Positions 35,101 through 47,290 of a stretch of DNA of 64,000 nt are shown here, piece by piece. The notes beneath the pieces were generated by a model, which was not told where the DNA came from, ran no database searches, and saw only the letters and a program-made list of their open reading frames with translations. This stretch comes from Eledone cirrhosa (lineage: Eukaryota): the NCBI GenBank assembly GCA_964016885.1, contig OZ024740.1, positions 74,586,001 to 74,650,000 of the forward strand, read 5' to 3'. Position 1 is the stretch's first letter; each line of letters opens with the position of its first letter. Position numbers and translations under genes: made by a program.

Positions 35101-36380
35101 AAAGCATATAATCGAGGATAAAAGAAAGAGTAAGGTAATTTTTTAAGAGAGTTCATCTTTAAAATATACCAGTATTTTTTATATATTTGTCAATAAACTC
35201 AAGTTATTTCATTTCATCGAAAAAAAGCGATATAGGCACACACTGCAACATATAAACAGGTAATGTTCTTAACAGTTGACGTTTCACCTGACATAGCAAC
35301 TTCGGTGTTTCGGTGTTAGTTTATGGGAGTTAGTGAGAAAAATAATTTCCTGGCAAGTTAATCCAAAGCGGATAATATTGTTTTAACAGTTTTGTGTGTT
35401 TTTTTATACGTAAAATTTGTTTTTTGCTTTGAATAAAAGCTCTGTTTCACAAAAGAATGTCTTGAGAAAAACAAGGCATTTGATAATATTAATTTACCTT
35501 GAATATATATACTTTTAAAAAACGACAATTAAAACGTAATTAATTCAATAAAGGAAATGTGGAAAATTTTAAATAAAAAAAATATCGGTTGAACACTCTC
35601 CTAAAGGTAAATAACAGATGAATATGAATATTAAAAAATACATAGAATATAAAAATTAATACACTAAAACAAAACAAAATAATAATTTTAAAAAAACACT
35701 TATTAACTTTTTAAGTTGTAAAAACTTGAAGAAATTTATTTAAACAAAGAAGAGGAGTGGGATTGCTTTCCAATCCGTAAAACTAAAGACATACGTGCGT
35801 ACACATACGTCTATTACGCTCTTTCTCCTTTTGCAGGTACGTAAGTGAGTTTTTATTGAAGCAAATTGATTTTAGAGTTCATTGCGATTCTAAATTCTCA
35901 TCCGTTGAGGTATGAAGAATTAGTTGTTAGCCCAGCAAACTGACATAAGCTGAGTGACGTACCTTGTTCTCATGTTAACGTTCATAATTATGAAAGTTCA
36001 CAGTAGAAATGAATATGATCTACAAAAGGAAGAAATCAATTTTTAAAAAAAAAGAGAAAATTGTAGGTATGATCTGCAAACAGGACAAATCAATGAATTT
36101 TTTTTAATAGTCAGAAAGGAAAGAAAAAAAAGAAGAAAAAAAAAAGGGAGAAGGCATACTACAACAGAGAATGTCAGTGTTGCCTTCTAAAAATGTTTGA
36201 GGCCAGCCAAGATAGTCACAGCATTACCATGGGTGATAGCGGGGCTATGATGCTGGAACAGCCAAGTACCCTCACAAGCTTCAATTGATACTCCAGTAAG
36301 GCAAGCCACTAACAATTACAAAATCCTTATTGTCAGGGGTCCAGCTACCCCAAACCTCTCAAATACCATAGGCTAAAAAA

Positions 36381-37101
36381 TGTAGTTTACAGATAATGGT
36401 ATTTCAGTTTGTGGCAGATAGGTGGTATTCTTTGTATAGTAGTTTTGATGAAAAGAGTAATGCCATGATTGAGTTGTTAACAATGTTTATTTTATAACAA
36501 TATTCGATTTGAACATCGAATGATAAAATTTATGACATGAATATATCCGTACAGTAGTATATAAGTTGTGTTGTGTCTTGAAGATACAATATGGCAGGAA
36601 GAATAGGATGAGAGTATAATATAACAATATGAACTTACTATGTGTGTGTGTGTGCCTATTCTTAGTTTATCTTATTCTCATAGTAGTAATGGTCAATCTG
36701 TCAGGCAGGCATGGCTGAGAAGGTAAGCCAGGAGAAAGATAGGGTTAAAGGTCTACTGATGCTACATAGTTATCTTCTTGACTGCTGCTTTGATTCTCCT
36801 TTTCTGGTTCCCTAAGTCCTTGTATTTATAATAAGTGCTAACGTTAGGCTGGATATATGAGGTTGATCTATGGTCTGACCTGTGGTTAGCATCTCCCAAA
36901 GGGTTGAGGTCACAGGTCAAATAGAATGTACATTTATCATCGTTGACAGGACAAAGGCAAGAACTTCCAGCGATAGATTGTCCCAGAGGCGGGAAAGGTC
37001 AGATTCAGTTTCGAATCTTCACCGTTAAAATATAGGAGTATTCCGTTATAAGTTGTTTATTCCATTTATCTGTGGTTGTAGTGACTCCCATCTCTGCTAC
37101 A
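36381..37101 (-). mobile_element. Possible solo LTR
   Basis: TGTAG...CTACA termini with TATA-like and AATAAA signals on the minus strand; no TSD seen. Confidence 0.4.
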
Positions 37102-37701
37102 GCATCTAGGATGTGAAAAAAGGCATGAGTCATTAACTGTAGTATTCTCTATGAAACATCTAACTCTAACCTAAGTGCAAAGAGTGAAACCTCTTCTCAT
37201 TGGCCTTGGAGGCTAGCTCCAGAATTGAGGAGGTATTATTTCTAGTTAGGACCTGTTTAATTATTAGGTTCAACTCAGTGCGGCAAGCAAATTGATCTAC
37301 ATTCAGTTGGCACAACAATTCTTGAAGACCCGTGGAGCTTGACATATCAACATTTCACTCTCCCACAAACATCAGCGCCCATCTCTGGAAGTTGTGCCTC
37401 AATCGTAGATACAAGATGCAGAATATGGTTAAGTCCCACTTCATGTCATCTTGCGCAAGTGTCTTCTACAATAGCCTTGGCTTAACCAATGCCTTGTAAG
37501 TGAAATTTGGTAAACGTAAATGGCATGGAAACCCTTCATAAATATATGTATTTAACGACAGTTGATACGAGTTGTACTCATTTGTTGTGGTGTGAAGTGA
37601 TATTACTATGGGGAAAATGATTTTCCTATATCACATGGATAAGAGTAAACAAATGAACAAGTCATCGTTAATTTTAATATTTTTATTGATAATATGATTT
37701 A

Positions 37702-38062
37702 CCGTATATGTCGGCATACAAGTCGATCTGGCACATAGGTCGACCCCTAAATTTCTGAGGTCTAATTCAGATTTAGGCCTATATTCTCTGGATAAGACGA
37801 CCCCCCCCCCCCCAAATAAGGCAGTACCATCTCCCCAGTCCTAGATGCACTTGCCATTCTTAAATATTACGTTAAATAGACATAACAAATACAAGATTCA
37901 GTAGGAAATGATTGTGGTGGTTTGCTAGAGTTATTGTAAGTGGAGTACAATGAGTGTTAGACAGGCAGTTTCACATTTTATATTCGGCGGACAAGTCGAC
38001 CCCTGGTTTTGGAAAGATATTTTTAGGCTCCAAATGTCAACTTGTACAATCATGTGCAGCAA
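37702..38062. mobile_element. pogo/Tc2-like MITE with decayed right end
   Basis: TA-CCGTATAT terminus and repeated (C/T)AAGTCGACC subterminal motifs. Confidence 0.55.
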
Positions 38063-38319
38063 TGAACAATGGCAAAAGAATATATGTATAGTTGTAGTGT
38101 GTCATGTGCATAAATGTAGTAATATATAACTGAGCGGCGTTGCTAAACTTTTCTCAGTGTTGACCCCAGTAAGGCTAGCTAGTGAGAGTGTGTACTGTAT
38201 ATGTTGCTGTATTGCAAGCGAGACAAAACCGTTATCTCTCTGTTGCTGAGTCGGAAAGCCGACTGACTTTGCAGATTTGAGAAACTGACTGATTTTACCA
38301 AAGGGAAATTTATCTATTG

Positions 38320-38850
38320 TTCTGGACATGTGATGTGTATGACAGCTGCATAAAAAGGTGCAGAGCACTAGAAGTCGATGGAAACCGCGGAGTGGGGAGA
38401 TCCAAGAAGACGTGGGATGAGGTGATAAAAGCCGGCCCAATTACACCTCTCAAAGGCGATGACACATGACCGTGACCTCTGGCGTCACACATTAATACAG
38501 AAGACCCGACCCCCCCCCCACGGGTACAAGCCGAAGCTGAAGCATATAGACAATATGCCCCCATACCCTCCCACTGCAAAGTGGTCGTGGAAGTGCCATG
38601 GCAAAAAAGCACCCAGCCCACAATGTAAAGTGGACGTGTAGGCGCCACGGAAAAAAAGCACCCAGCACTCATTGTAAACGAGGTTGGTGTTAGGAAGGGC
38701 ATCCAGCTGTAGAAATCAAGCCAGAATCAGTTCCCGTATGAGCAAGACAAGGTCAGCCGACCGGACACTGCCCACAACAGGACAACCCGTCTAACCCATG
38801 CTAGCGTGGAAGAACGGACGTAAAACGGTGATGATGATGATGATGATGTT
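38320..38850 (+). mobile_element. RTE 3' end plus 3' UTR module with (GAT)n tail; the module is nearly identical to 12880-13115
   Basis: DRDLWR..KTRP followed by GGTGTTAGGAAGGGCATCCAGCTGTAGAAA...CCCATGCTAGC.TGGAA and (GAT)n. Confidence 0.78.
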
Positions 38851-40234
38851 CTCCCTGCATACAACTGGAACGGTTAGTCCTTCCCCCAGAGAACATTATC
38901 TAAGTTATGGGGCTCTGACGTTATAGGTGAGTATTATGGTGGTTGTGTGTGGCTGACTAAGAAAAACCATTGTGGGAAAATGTGTCGAGATCTCACTACA
39001 TTATTTCTTTAAAAGTGGTGGACTGGCAGTATCGGTAGAGGGTCAGACGCCATGCTTTGCAGTATAGAGTCACAGCCCTTTACGGGCCGAGGTTAACTTT
39101 ACCTTTCATCCTTACGGGGGTCAATAAAATAAAGCACTAGTAATGCACTGGGATAATTTGGGTTTTGCACATACAGTAATGTTCAACAAATTCTAATAAA
39201 GTTTATAAAACATTAAAGTTTGGGTTTTGAGTTGGTCATGATTTTCATCGTCTTCATCAATATTTTCCAAGCTGGAATGAGATGGGTTGTCACAGTCTGA
39301 GTTTAGACAGGTCAGATGACCGAGGCTACCATTGAGTGCGTGAGGCAGGTGGTGCATGGCAATCATCAGCTGACTGACTGATCACAAGTGTGTTGGTCAT
39401 GAACCATGACAGCATTTGCAAGATTACAATGAATGTAAGTTGAATTGAGGTTAGGCTGTAAGTCTCAGGTTCTGTTGCTGCTGTGATAATAACTCTGGAA
39501 AGGATCTTTCCATATCACATTTAAAGGTTATGGCTGTGGTAATAGCATCACAAGACTTTACAATGTTTTTACATAATTTATTTACAAACCGATTACAAAG
39601 GTTGAGCTGGCATGCCAAACAAATGAATAAACAAATTAAGAGTTTAGAAGGTATGGTCAACTGGCTGAAGTGCTGGGCAGGCCGTAGTTATATTGTTGTC
39701 GTTACATGTTGGCTAGTGGTTTCACATCAAAAGAAAAATAGATGTTTACCTTTCCACAGTTGAAGCAACAAGAGATAGAATTTATTGAAAGTAGCGGGAA
39801 AAGCTCAGTTTAGGCAGAAGTTGAAAATACATATCCGTGCGCGGCTCACGATTGGCCTGACTTAGCCAAATCACGCACGAATAGCCTATCAATGCGCCAA
39901 AGGAAAGTAGCTTGCTTCAAGACTATCGCGTTAAACTAGTAACTTGTATTAAAAGGCTTCGCAATAAAAAAACATATGGTAGAATCTCACCAACTTCAAT
40001 TTACTGAGATTATCCATACAAATAGTTGAACAAATCTCTTTTTAGTGGTGTTTAAAATTAAAAAAATAACAAACAAGAGTGATAACGGTTAAATAGATTT
40101 TGGGGGGAAATATAGACAGTGAATAGATCTTCTTTAAACCAACTGGTGAAAGCAATGGGCATATTTCGGGCTTATCAGACACCAGAGAAGCCTATTACAC
40201 TCAGTTGACTGAGTAGTTATCATTATATAGAAAT

Positions 40235-40419
40235 GGGCGGTGGATTGGCAGTATCAGTAGCGAGTCGGACGCCATGCTTTCCAGCATAGTTACGTCCCTT
40301 TACGGTCTGAGTTCAAATCCCGCCGAGGTTTACTTTGCCTTTCATCCTTACGGGGTCGATAAAATAAAGTACCAGTAATGCACTGTGTAATTGCTGGCAT
40401 TGTGCCTAAAGTACAAACA
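40235..40419 (+). mobile_element. Young SINE of the same family with 13-bp TSD; further copies at 2170-2370, 25205-25392, 26085-26183, 26740-26840, 39015-39170 and 43875-44035
   Basis: Same head, core and tail. TSD ATTATATAGAAAT at 40222-40234 and 40420-40432. Confidence 0.88.
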
Positions 40420-41497
40420 ATTATATAGAAATATTTCAAATTAGTGTTTTTAATAATATTAAAAACCACGAGGAAATATTCTCTGAAAAAGCACTTAATA
40501 TATGTCGCACCTCATATGGAAAGATTTAAAACATGTTTTAAAGTTAAAAATTTAGAAAAAAACCCATTAAATTTTGCTCCCTTTTTTTATTTTTTATTAA
40601 TCATTAAAAAATCATGAATAACACATTTTTCAAAACACTCATGCATAACTTTCTAAAGCCTTAAATTGTATCTTTTCAAATTTGTGGAACACCTAGATAC
40701 CCTTTGTGGGGCACCTTTTAAGAACCACCGATTTATGATTGCATTATTCAATGTACCAACATTCCTTTTTTTAAGAGAGTAGGTATGATTTTAGGAAAAT
40801 TTAGCTGCTATTTCTAGCAGATTAAGCAACCATACACAAGCTTGCTTGTACATATATTCATCAGTAACATAGGCAAAAAAACTTGAATTTATATAGAGGT
40901 GATAGGATATTATTATGTCCATACATTTCACATGGACAGTAGTGGTGTAAATGAAAAGAGATAGCAGTTACTAAGAATAGGAACCAGGTCACAGATTTGG
41001 TGAGCTAACAGTTGAAGATTGAACCAATTACTATAGCCCATATTTTTTCTTTTATTCTTTTTCTTGTTGACTGCAGCCATGTTGGGTCACTGTTGTGATT
41101 TATTTGAACATATTGAGTTCAGTACTTACTTTTTTCAAGTCTGGTTCTTATTTCATTGATCTCTTTTTGTTGAACTGCTAAGTTATGGGACCTAAATACA
41201 CACATACACACACATTCACAACAGGCTTCTGCTGTTTCTATCAACCAACTCGTTGAGAAGTGAACTCCTTAACCATTCAGCCAGACCCATGCCTACATTA
41301 ATTTTTTTTCAGTTTATTATCATTTTCATTTATCACCTGGTTAATGGATAATCAAAAATATATCTTTCCAAACATGACTAAATATTCTTTTTAAATTAAT
41401 ATCAAGAAAAACTGCCTGTGTGCAAAGTGCAATACTGCATAGAAGTAAAATGTGAGCCATGAATACAGAGAGAAAAACTGGGCATAACAGGAATCAC

Positions 41498-42070
41498 CTC
41501 TTTTGGTCTCCACCCGCTTTCCTATCGCTACAGTGCCGACTGCCTTCCACGCCATGCTGCTCTCAATGAGGTCATAAAGCATGGCTTGGATGCTGCAGGC
41601 TTCTCCCCCTAGCTCAAGCCGGTGGGGCTGGACCGAGGGGAAGGCAATAGACCAAACGGCATAACCATCTTCCCGTTCCGCAGTGGTAAACCCCTCATCT
41701 GAGATGCCACTTGCAGCGACACATTCTTCAGCGGCAACCTGGTGCAGTCTGCAACTAACCCAGGTTCTGCTGCACTCTGGACTGAGGAAGATAAACTCTC
41801 CAAGTATCAGTCACTCTATGACAGGTTTGCAGTCGAGCCTTCTGGTGTCCTTGGCTCTAGGGCTATCTCCCTACTTAGCCGCAGATGTGAGCCTCGTAAG
41901 ATGGAATGGCACTTCCAGCAGATCTCCCTTACTATCCTCCAGGGACGCCTTCACCATTCTGTCCGCCAGGGCCATAGGACAGCCAGCATGTCGGACCACA
42001 TTTGCTCATAATAGTGAGAGATGGGGAGGGTGAGAGAGAGATGAAGGCGATGACAGTGAGAGTTCGGACC
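41498..42070 (+). mobile_element. 5'-truncated CRE-like copy (RLE domain plus 3' UTR)
   Basis: Nucleotide similarity to the reverse complement of 15800-16310 (RH..LNEVIKHGLDAAGF, NRPNGITIFPFRSGKPL). The 3' part resembles 11794-11885. Confidence 0.8.
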
Positions 42071-45000
42071 AGGTGTATGTGTATGTGCATGCTTACTGTC
42101 TTATATAGACATATTTATGAATGAATGTATTGTTTTTTTTATTAGAATGTTTTTATTTATTTGTTTAGTTGAGATATCATTGGTGTACAAGAGAGAAGAC
42201 TGCATTGATAAGGACATGGGAAGCATAAAGAGGATGATAGCAGTATAAAGAAGTTAAACCTTGCAACAGAGATGACAAAGGAATTCTATGATTGGTGGCA
42301 CATGATGCTGGAGAAAAGCCACCCTCATATATGAGCAGTATGAAACAAGCATGAGAAGGATGGTAGTGTAGATGCTGAAAGATATGTCAACATCTAGATC
42401 CTCTCCTCCCTGCCATAAAGACACTTCATTCATCCCTATTACCCCTTACCTAGATCTGCTTCTCCTCACATCCCTTCTTAACATTTATATTACTTTCACC
42501 TACACTTTCTCATACTCACTGGACCACACTGCCCACATAACTGGGGGTAGCTTGGGATTTGTCAGTCCTACACTACCTTCTGATGCTCTCCTACTTATAT
42601 ACCTCATATTCCCTGCAAGATGCTACAAGTGCCATGATAGTATGCCCCCAGTCCACTCTGTAAAGTGGTAGAGCCAGTGTTATGATAAAATGCATCCAGT
42701 GTATACTCTCAAACGTGGTAGAGCTAGTGCCACAGTAAAATGCACTCGGTCCTCTCTGTAAGAAAAAGTGTTGGTGCCACAATAAAATACACTCAATACT
42801 CTCTCTACAGTGGCTAGCATTAAGAGCATTCAACCATAGAAACCATGCCAAAATGGAATGTATAGGCAAGACATGTTATCTGACCTGTCTAGACTCAGAC
42901 TATGACAACCCATCCAACTCATTCCAGCTTGTAAAATAGATGTAAAATATTGATGATGATGATGATGATGAAAAGCATTCTAACCATGACCAACCCAAAA
43001 CCCAAACTTTGATATGTTTTATAAACTTTACATCTTGCTGCATTTCACACATTTTTTTTGTAAGAAAATGATTGATTTTAAATTAGTGATATAATTTATG
43101 TAGAAAAACTCCTTAAGGGTGCCTTAATATTAGTGAAATTTGCTGAAATTTTGTGAGTAGGCATCATATCTTGCCATTTACCTATGGTTTAAATTTCATA
43201 TAAATCGAAGGGAAAACATTTTCAAGGAACCCTTTGATTAAATTGAATTATACTTATCCAAGTACCCTGGGCAATGTAGTTTCAGAATATATATGGTTAT
43301 GGGGGTCTATCTCCAAAACCATAGAAGTTTGTTAACAAACAAACAGACAGGAACTACAAGTTTATATATAGAGATTAGATTTTGTTGAACATTACTGTAT
43401 GTGCAAACCCCAAATGAATCAGTGTTAATTATATATATGAACATTTCTGGCAATATAGCCCAGGGTTCTTGATTTAACTTCAATGTGGTCACTTTAACTC
43501 AAGGTAAGTATATAAAGTCATTGGAGCGTAGGATTAAATTTCTTGCAATATTTGTTCTAATTCTCTGTGCTTTGAGTTCAAATCTTGCCAAGGTCAACTT
43601 TACCTTTCATCCTGTTGGTGTTGATAAATAAATTACCAGTTTAAGGTGGTGAATTGTTGTAGTTATAGAATTGTTAGAATGTTGTACGGGATGCCCTGTG
43701 GTGTTTGTTCTGATTTTGAGCTTAAATATCACCTCCTGTCACAAATTCGATAATGTATTTCTGCATACTCTTAAAAAGACAGGATGGTCATGGCTGGAAT
43801 GTGTTTGACCATAAGTCTCCTCAATCAAAGCTGACTTATGGCTAAACATCAATTAGCTTGTCATTACTCATTAATTTCTACTTTTGGCACAAGGCCAGCA
43901 ACTATCCCAGTATATTACTGGTGCTTTATTTTATCGACCCTGTAAGGATGAAAGACAAAGTTAGCCTCAGCAGGATTTCGACTCAGACCGTAAAGGGCCG
44001 TGACTCTATGCTGCAAAGCATGGCGTCCAACCCTAAATTCAATTATTTCAAGCTTTATGAGTGATGTCTTAGCTTTGTGAACTATGTGTGCTGACTATAA
44101 AAGGTTATTAGATGATTCAAATCAAGTGGTGTTTTTAATGTGAAAATATTGAGTTGGTGCAGCTAAGAAGAGTGAAGATATAGTGTTTCTTGAAATATGT
44201 AGTACTTGAGTTTTAACACTGTCAAATGCAATAGGTGTAGAATCCTTATTTCAGAATGAGCTAGGGTATCCATGGAAGATGTGCAGCACTAGACAAAGCC
44301 TTGGTGTATAAACATAGATATATGTGTGTGAGAGGTAACATCATCATTGTTTTATATCTTCTTTCCATGCAGATTTATTACCATCAGAGTTACTACCCTC
44401 CTAGACAGGTTGGAGGATTACATTTTGTTTGTATGTTCTAATTTCTGGTATCATTTCTACAGCTGGATGTCATTAATACTAATCTCTTTACAGAGTAAAC
44501 TGGGTAGCACCAGCAGGTTTGATTCCTTCATAACAACACTTGGCCATTGTAAGGATGACCTGTGAGTAGCTGCTGGAACTAGGTTGGGAGGTTCTGCCCC
44601 ACCAGCCATATTCGCTTGGCTTCACACCTACACACTATCACCTTTTTCTCTCAATGAGCAATTTAATGCAGTCAAAGACTAATGAAGACCAGTTAAATCT
44701 GTGGCTGATGGAATTCTTTACATCGCAGCCAGAAAAAATCTATAGGAGTGGAATCATGTACCCTCCTAAACAATGACAGATGTTAATTGCAAATGATGGC
44801 GATTATTTTGACTTGTAAAATTTTCCTAATATTAAAAAACGGCAAAGTCAGTAAAAATTTGAAAAACAGCAAGAACTTTCTGTCCAGCCCAATAGAATTT
44901 GGATGGAAAGTTTTTAGATAAATATAATCACTTTAAAACAAACAACACTCTATTAAGAACCAGGGATAGTTTCAGGCAGTTTGGTATCAAGAGATAATAG

Positions 45001-46109
45001 GTTGGTTGTGTTAGAAGAAATGGTAAATTCTGGTTCAAATGTCACAAAGTATTTACTTTCACTGGAATTAGTTTTACCATTCCTTCCCCAAAGGCAAATA
45101 AAATAACAACCAGGAATATAATGTAATTCAATACAATTTAGAATGATGTCCCTCCCACAAAATTGACCTTGACCTTAGTATAAAGAATTCTATTATTAAA
45201 TTCAACAAATTTCATGTTGCAGTTAAAAGATTTGCTGTGCTTTATTGATGCAGCAATTCTCTTTGCAAAAAGCAATGGAATCGAATTAACTTGTTTTACA
45301 AATGTACCTAATTCTTGTGAAAATATACTAGCAGAAGTACTCTGCCTTGCCTGGGTTTATAAATGTCTAAATTGATCAAAGTATTATCAAGAATATTTAA
45401 CAAGGCAAATAAAGTGTCCAGCCCAGGAAACTGAACAATTCACCAGTGAGCTAAAAGTCTCATTACTATTAATGAGCCTTACAAGAAACATATGGACTAC
45501 TTGCTATCAACCAATTTGTTCAACTGAAAACTTACCCTTGTTTTTTAAATCGTTATGATTCACACGTGTAGGTTTAGCTCGTCTTCTATGAGGCTGCAGT
45601 GCAGGTTTCTTGAATGTTTTAACCCTTTAGCATTTACATTACTCTAATATTTACTATTATATTTTCACGGTAAAGGATTTTATCTTATATATTTATCTCA
45701 CATAATATCGAATCTGAGATTTTGATATTATTTATTTTGAGAACAAAACCTTAACATCAGTATAAGTGGCTGGTTATGGCCAGTTTGAACAGAAAGAGGT
45801 GAGAGAATTTTGGCCGGATTAAATGAGAGTTAATATGAGAGGGCCAAAACCTATTACATGACAAGTTTTCTAGTGACAGGAGGTGATATTTGAGCTCAAA
45901 GCCAGAACAAACACTACAGGGCATCCCGTCCAACATTCTGTCACTCTAACAATTCACCACCTTAAACTGGTACTTTATTTATCAACACCAAAAGGATGAA
46001 AGGTAAAGTTGACCATGGCAAGATTTGAACTCAAAGCACAGAGAATTGGAACAAATATTGCAAAGCATTTAATCCTATGCTCCAATTACTCTATATATTT
46101 ATATTGAGT

Positions 46110-47290
46110 CAAAGATAGATGAGTTAATAAACAGTATTGCATATTAAATTCTCATGATGATCATCAGATTAGTATTTTGACTGATGGCAAACCTTTTAAT
46201 CTTCAAATTTTGTGGCTAACTAATTCTGTCAAATTCCACTTGGCTTAACCAACACTGTTGTACATTTTCAATAAATTATGAACTTCATGAATGAAAAATA
46301 TTTTCACTTATGTGAATAATATCCTAGTCTGTGAGAGAACACAAGTAGAATATGACAGCAATCTCACTAAGTTTCAGCAAACTTCTAAAGAATTTCTTAT
46401 CTTTAATGAATTGAAATCCACCTTTTTCAGTACATTCATCAATTTTCATGGCTATACTAGATATATCATAAGAATGGATTACATATAATCTTGAACTACT
46501 AAAACCTCTACAAAACAAACATTTCTTTTCCAAATAATACAGGCTCTCTTCATAAACAAATTAGTATGTTCTTCAACTTCTAGTGGGTTTTTGATTTCTT
46601 GGACAAAATTAGATCTTTGATGGAGGCAGGTACATTTTGTCAATTCTTTTGTTCAATTGAAGAATATAACATTTTCTGTCATTCATACTGTTATTATATT
46701 ATTCATTGAGATGGATGCTTCAGATTTTGCCATCATTGCTACACTCAATGAATTAAGATGACTCATTGTCTATTTCCCTTGCTCACTATCTTCTGAATAA
46801 AAACACTTGTATCAATAAAAAGGCATATGTAATTGCCAAGGTATTATGTAAGTTGAAATATTTTATTCTTGGCAGACATTTTAACAAATCAGAGTCAGAT
46901 TCAACATTTGCAAGATGTATTTACTAACCCCACTATTACATATAACCTACTTGGCAATAGGGAGTATACAGAGTTATAAAGGGATAGTTCAGAAAATTGT
47001 CTCCCGCTTTGAAAACAAGTAATTTACTGCTAACACAATGTAAGGTTGTTCTGCCCAACATTAAATATAGTTTTTATTGTGAACATCAATCAATCCAATC
47101 CCCATGGATGCCTCATCAGTTATGTAGATCTTCAAGTAGTCATTCCCTTCCAAGTTGGTTAATAAAACCCAACATAGGTTTTACGAAAAGAAAAGTAAAG
47201 CTCAACAAACATAATGGAATGGTCAACAAAGTCAAAATTCTGAATGCTAACTTTCAATACGGTCATGAAACTACCACAAATACTTGCTTC
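46110..47290 (+). mobile_element. Highly decayed Gypsy-type pol relic (RT, RNase H, integrase C-terminus)
   Basis: IPLGLTN, TYVNNILVC (a YxDD remnant), EMDASDFAIIATLN, ILGRHF, LPSWLIKP...VKILNANFQYGH. Confidence 0.65.
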
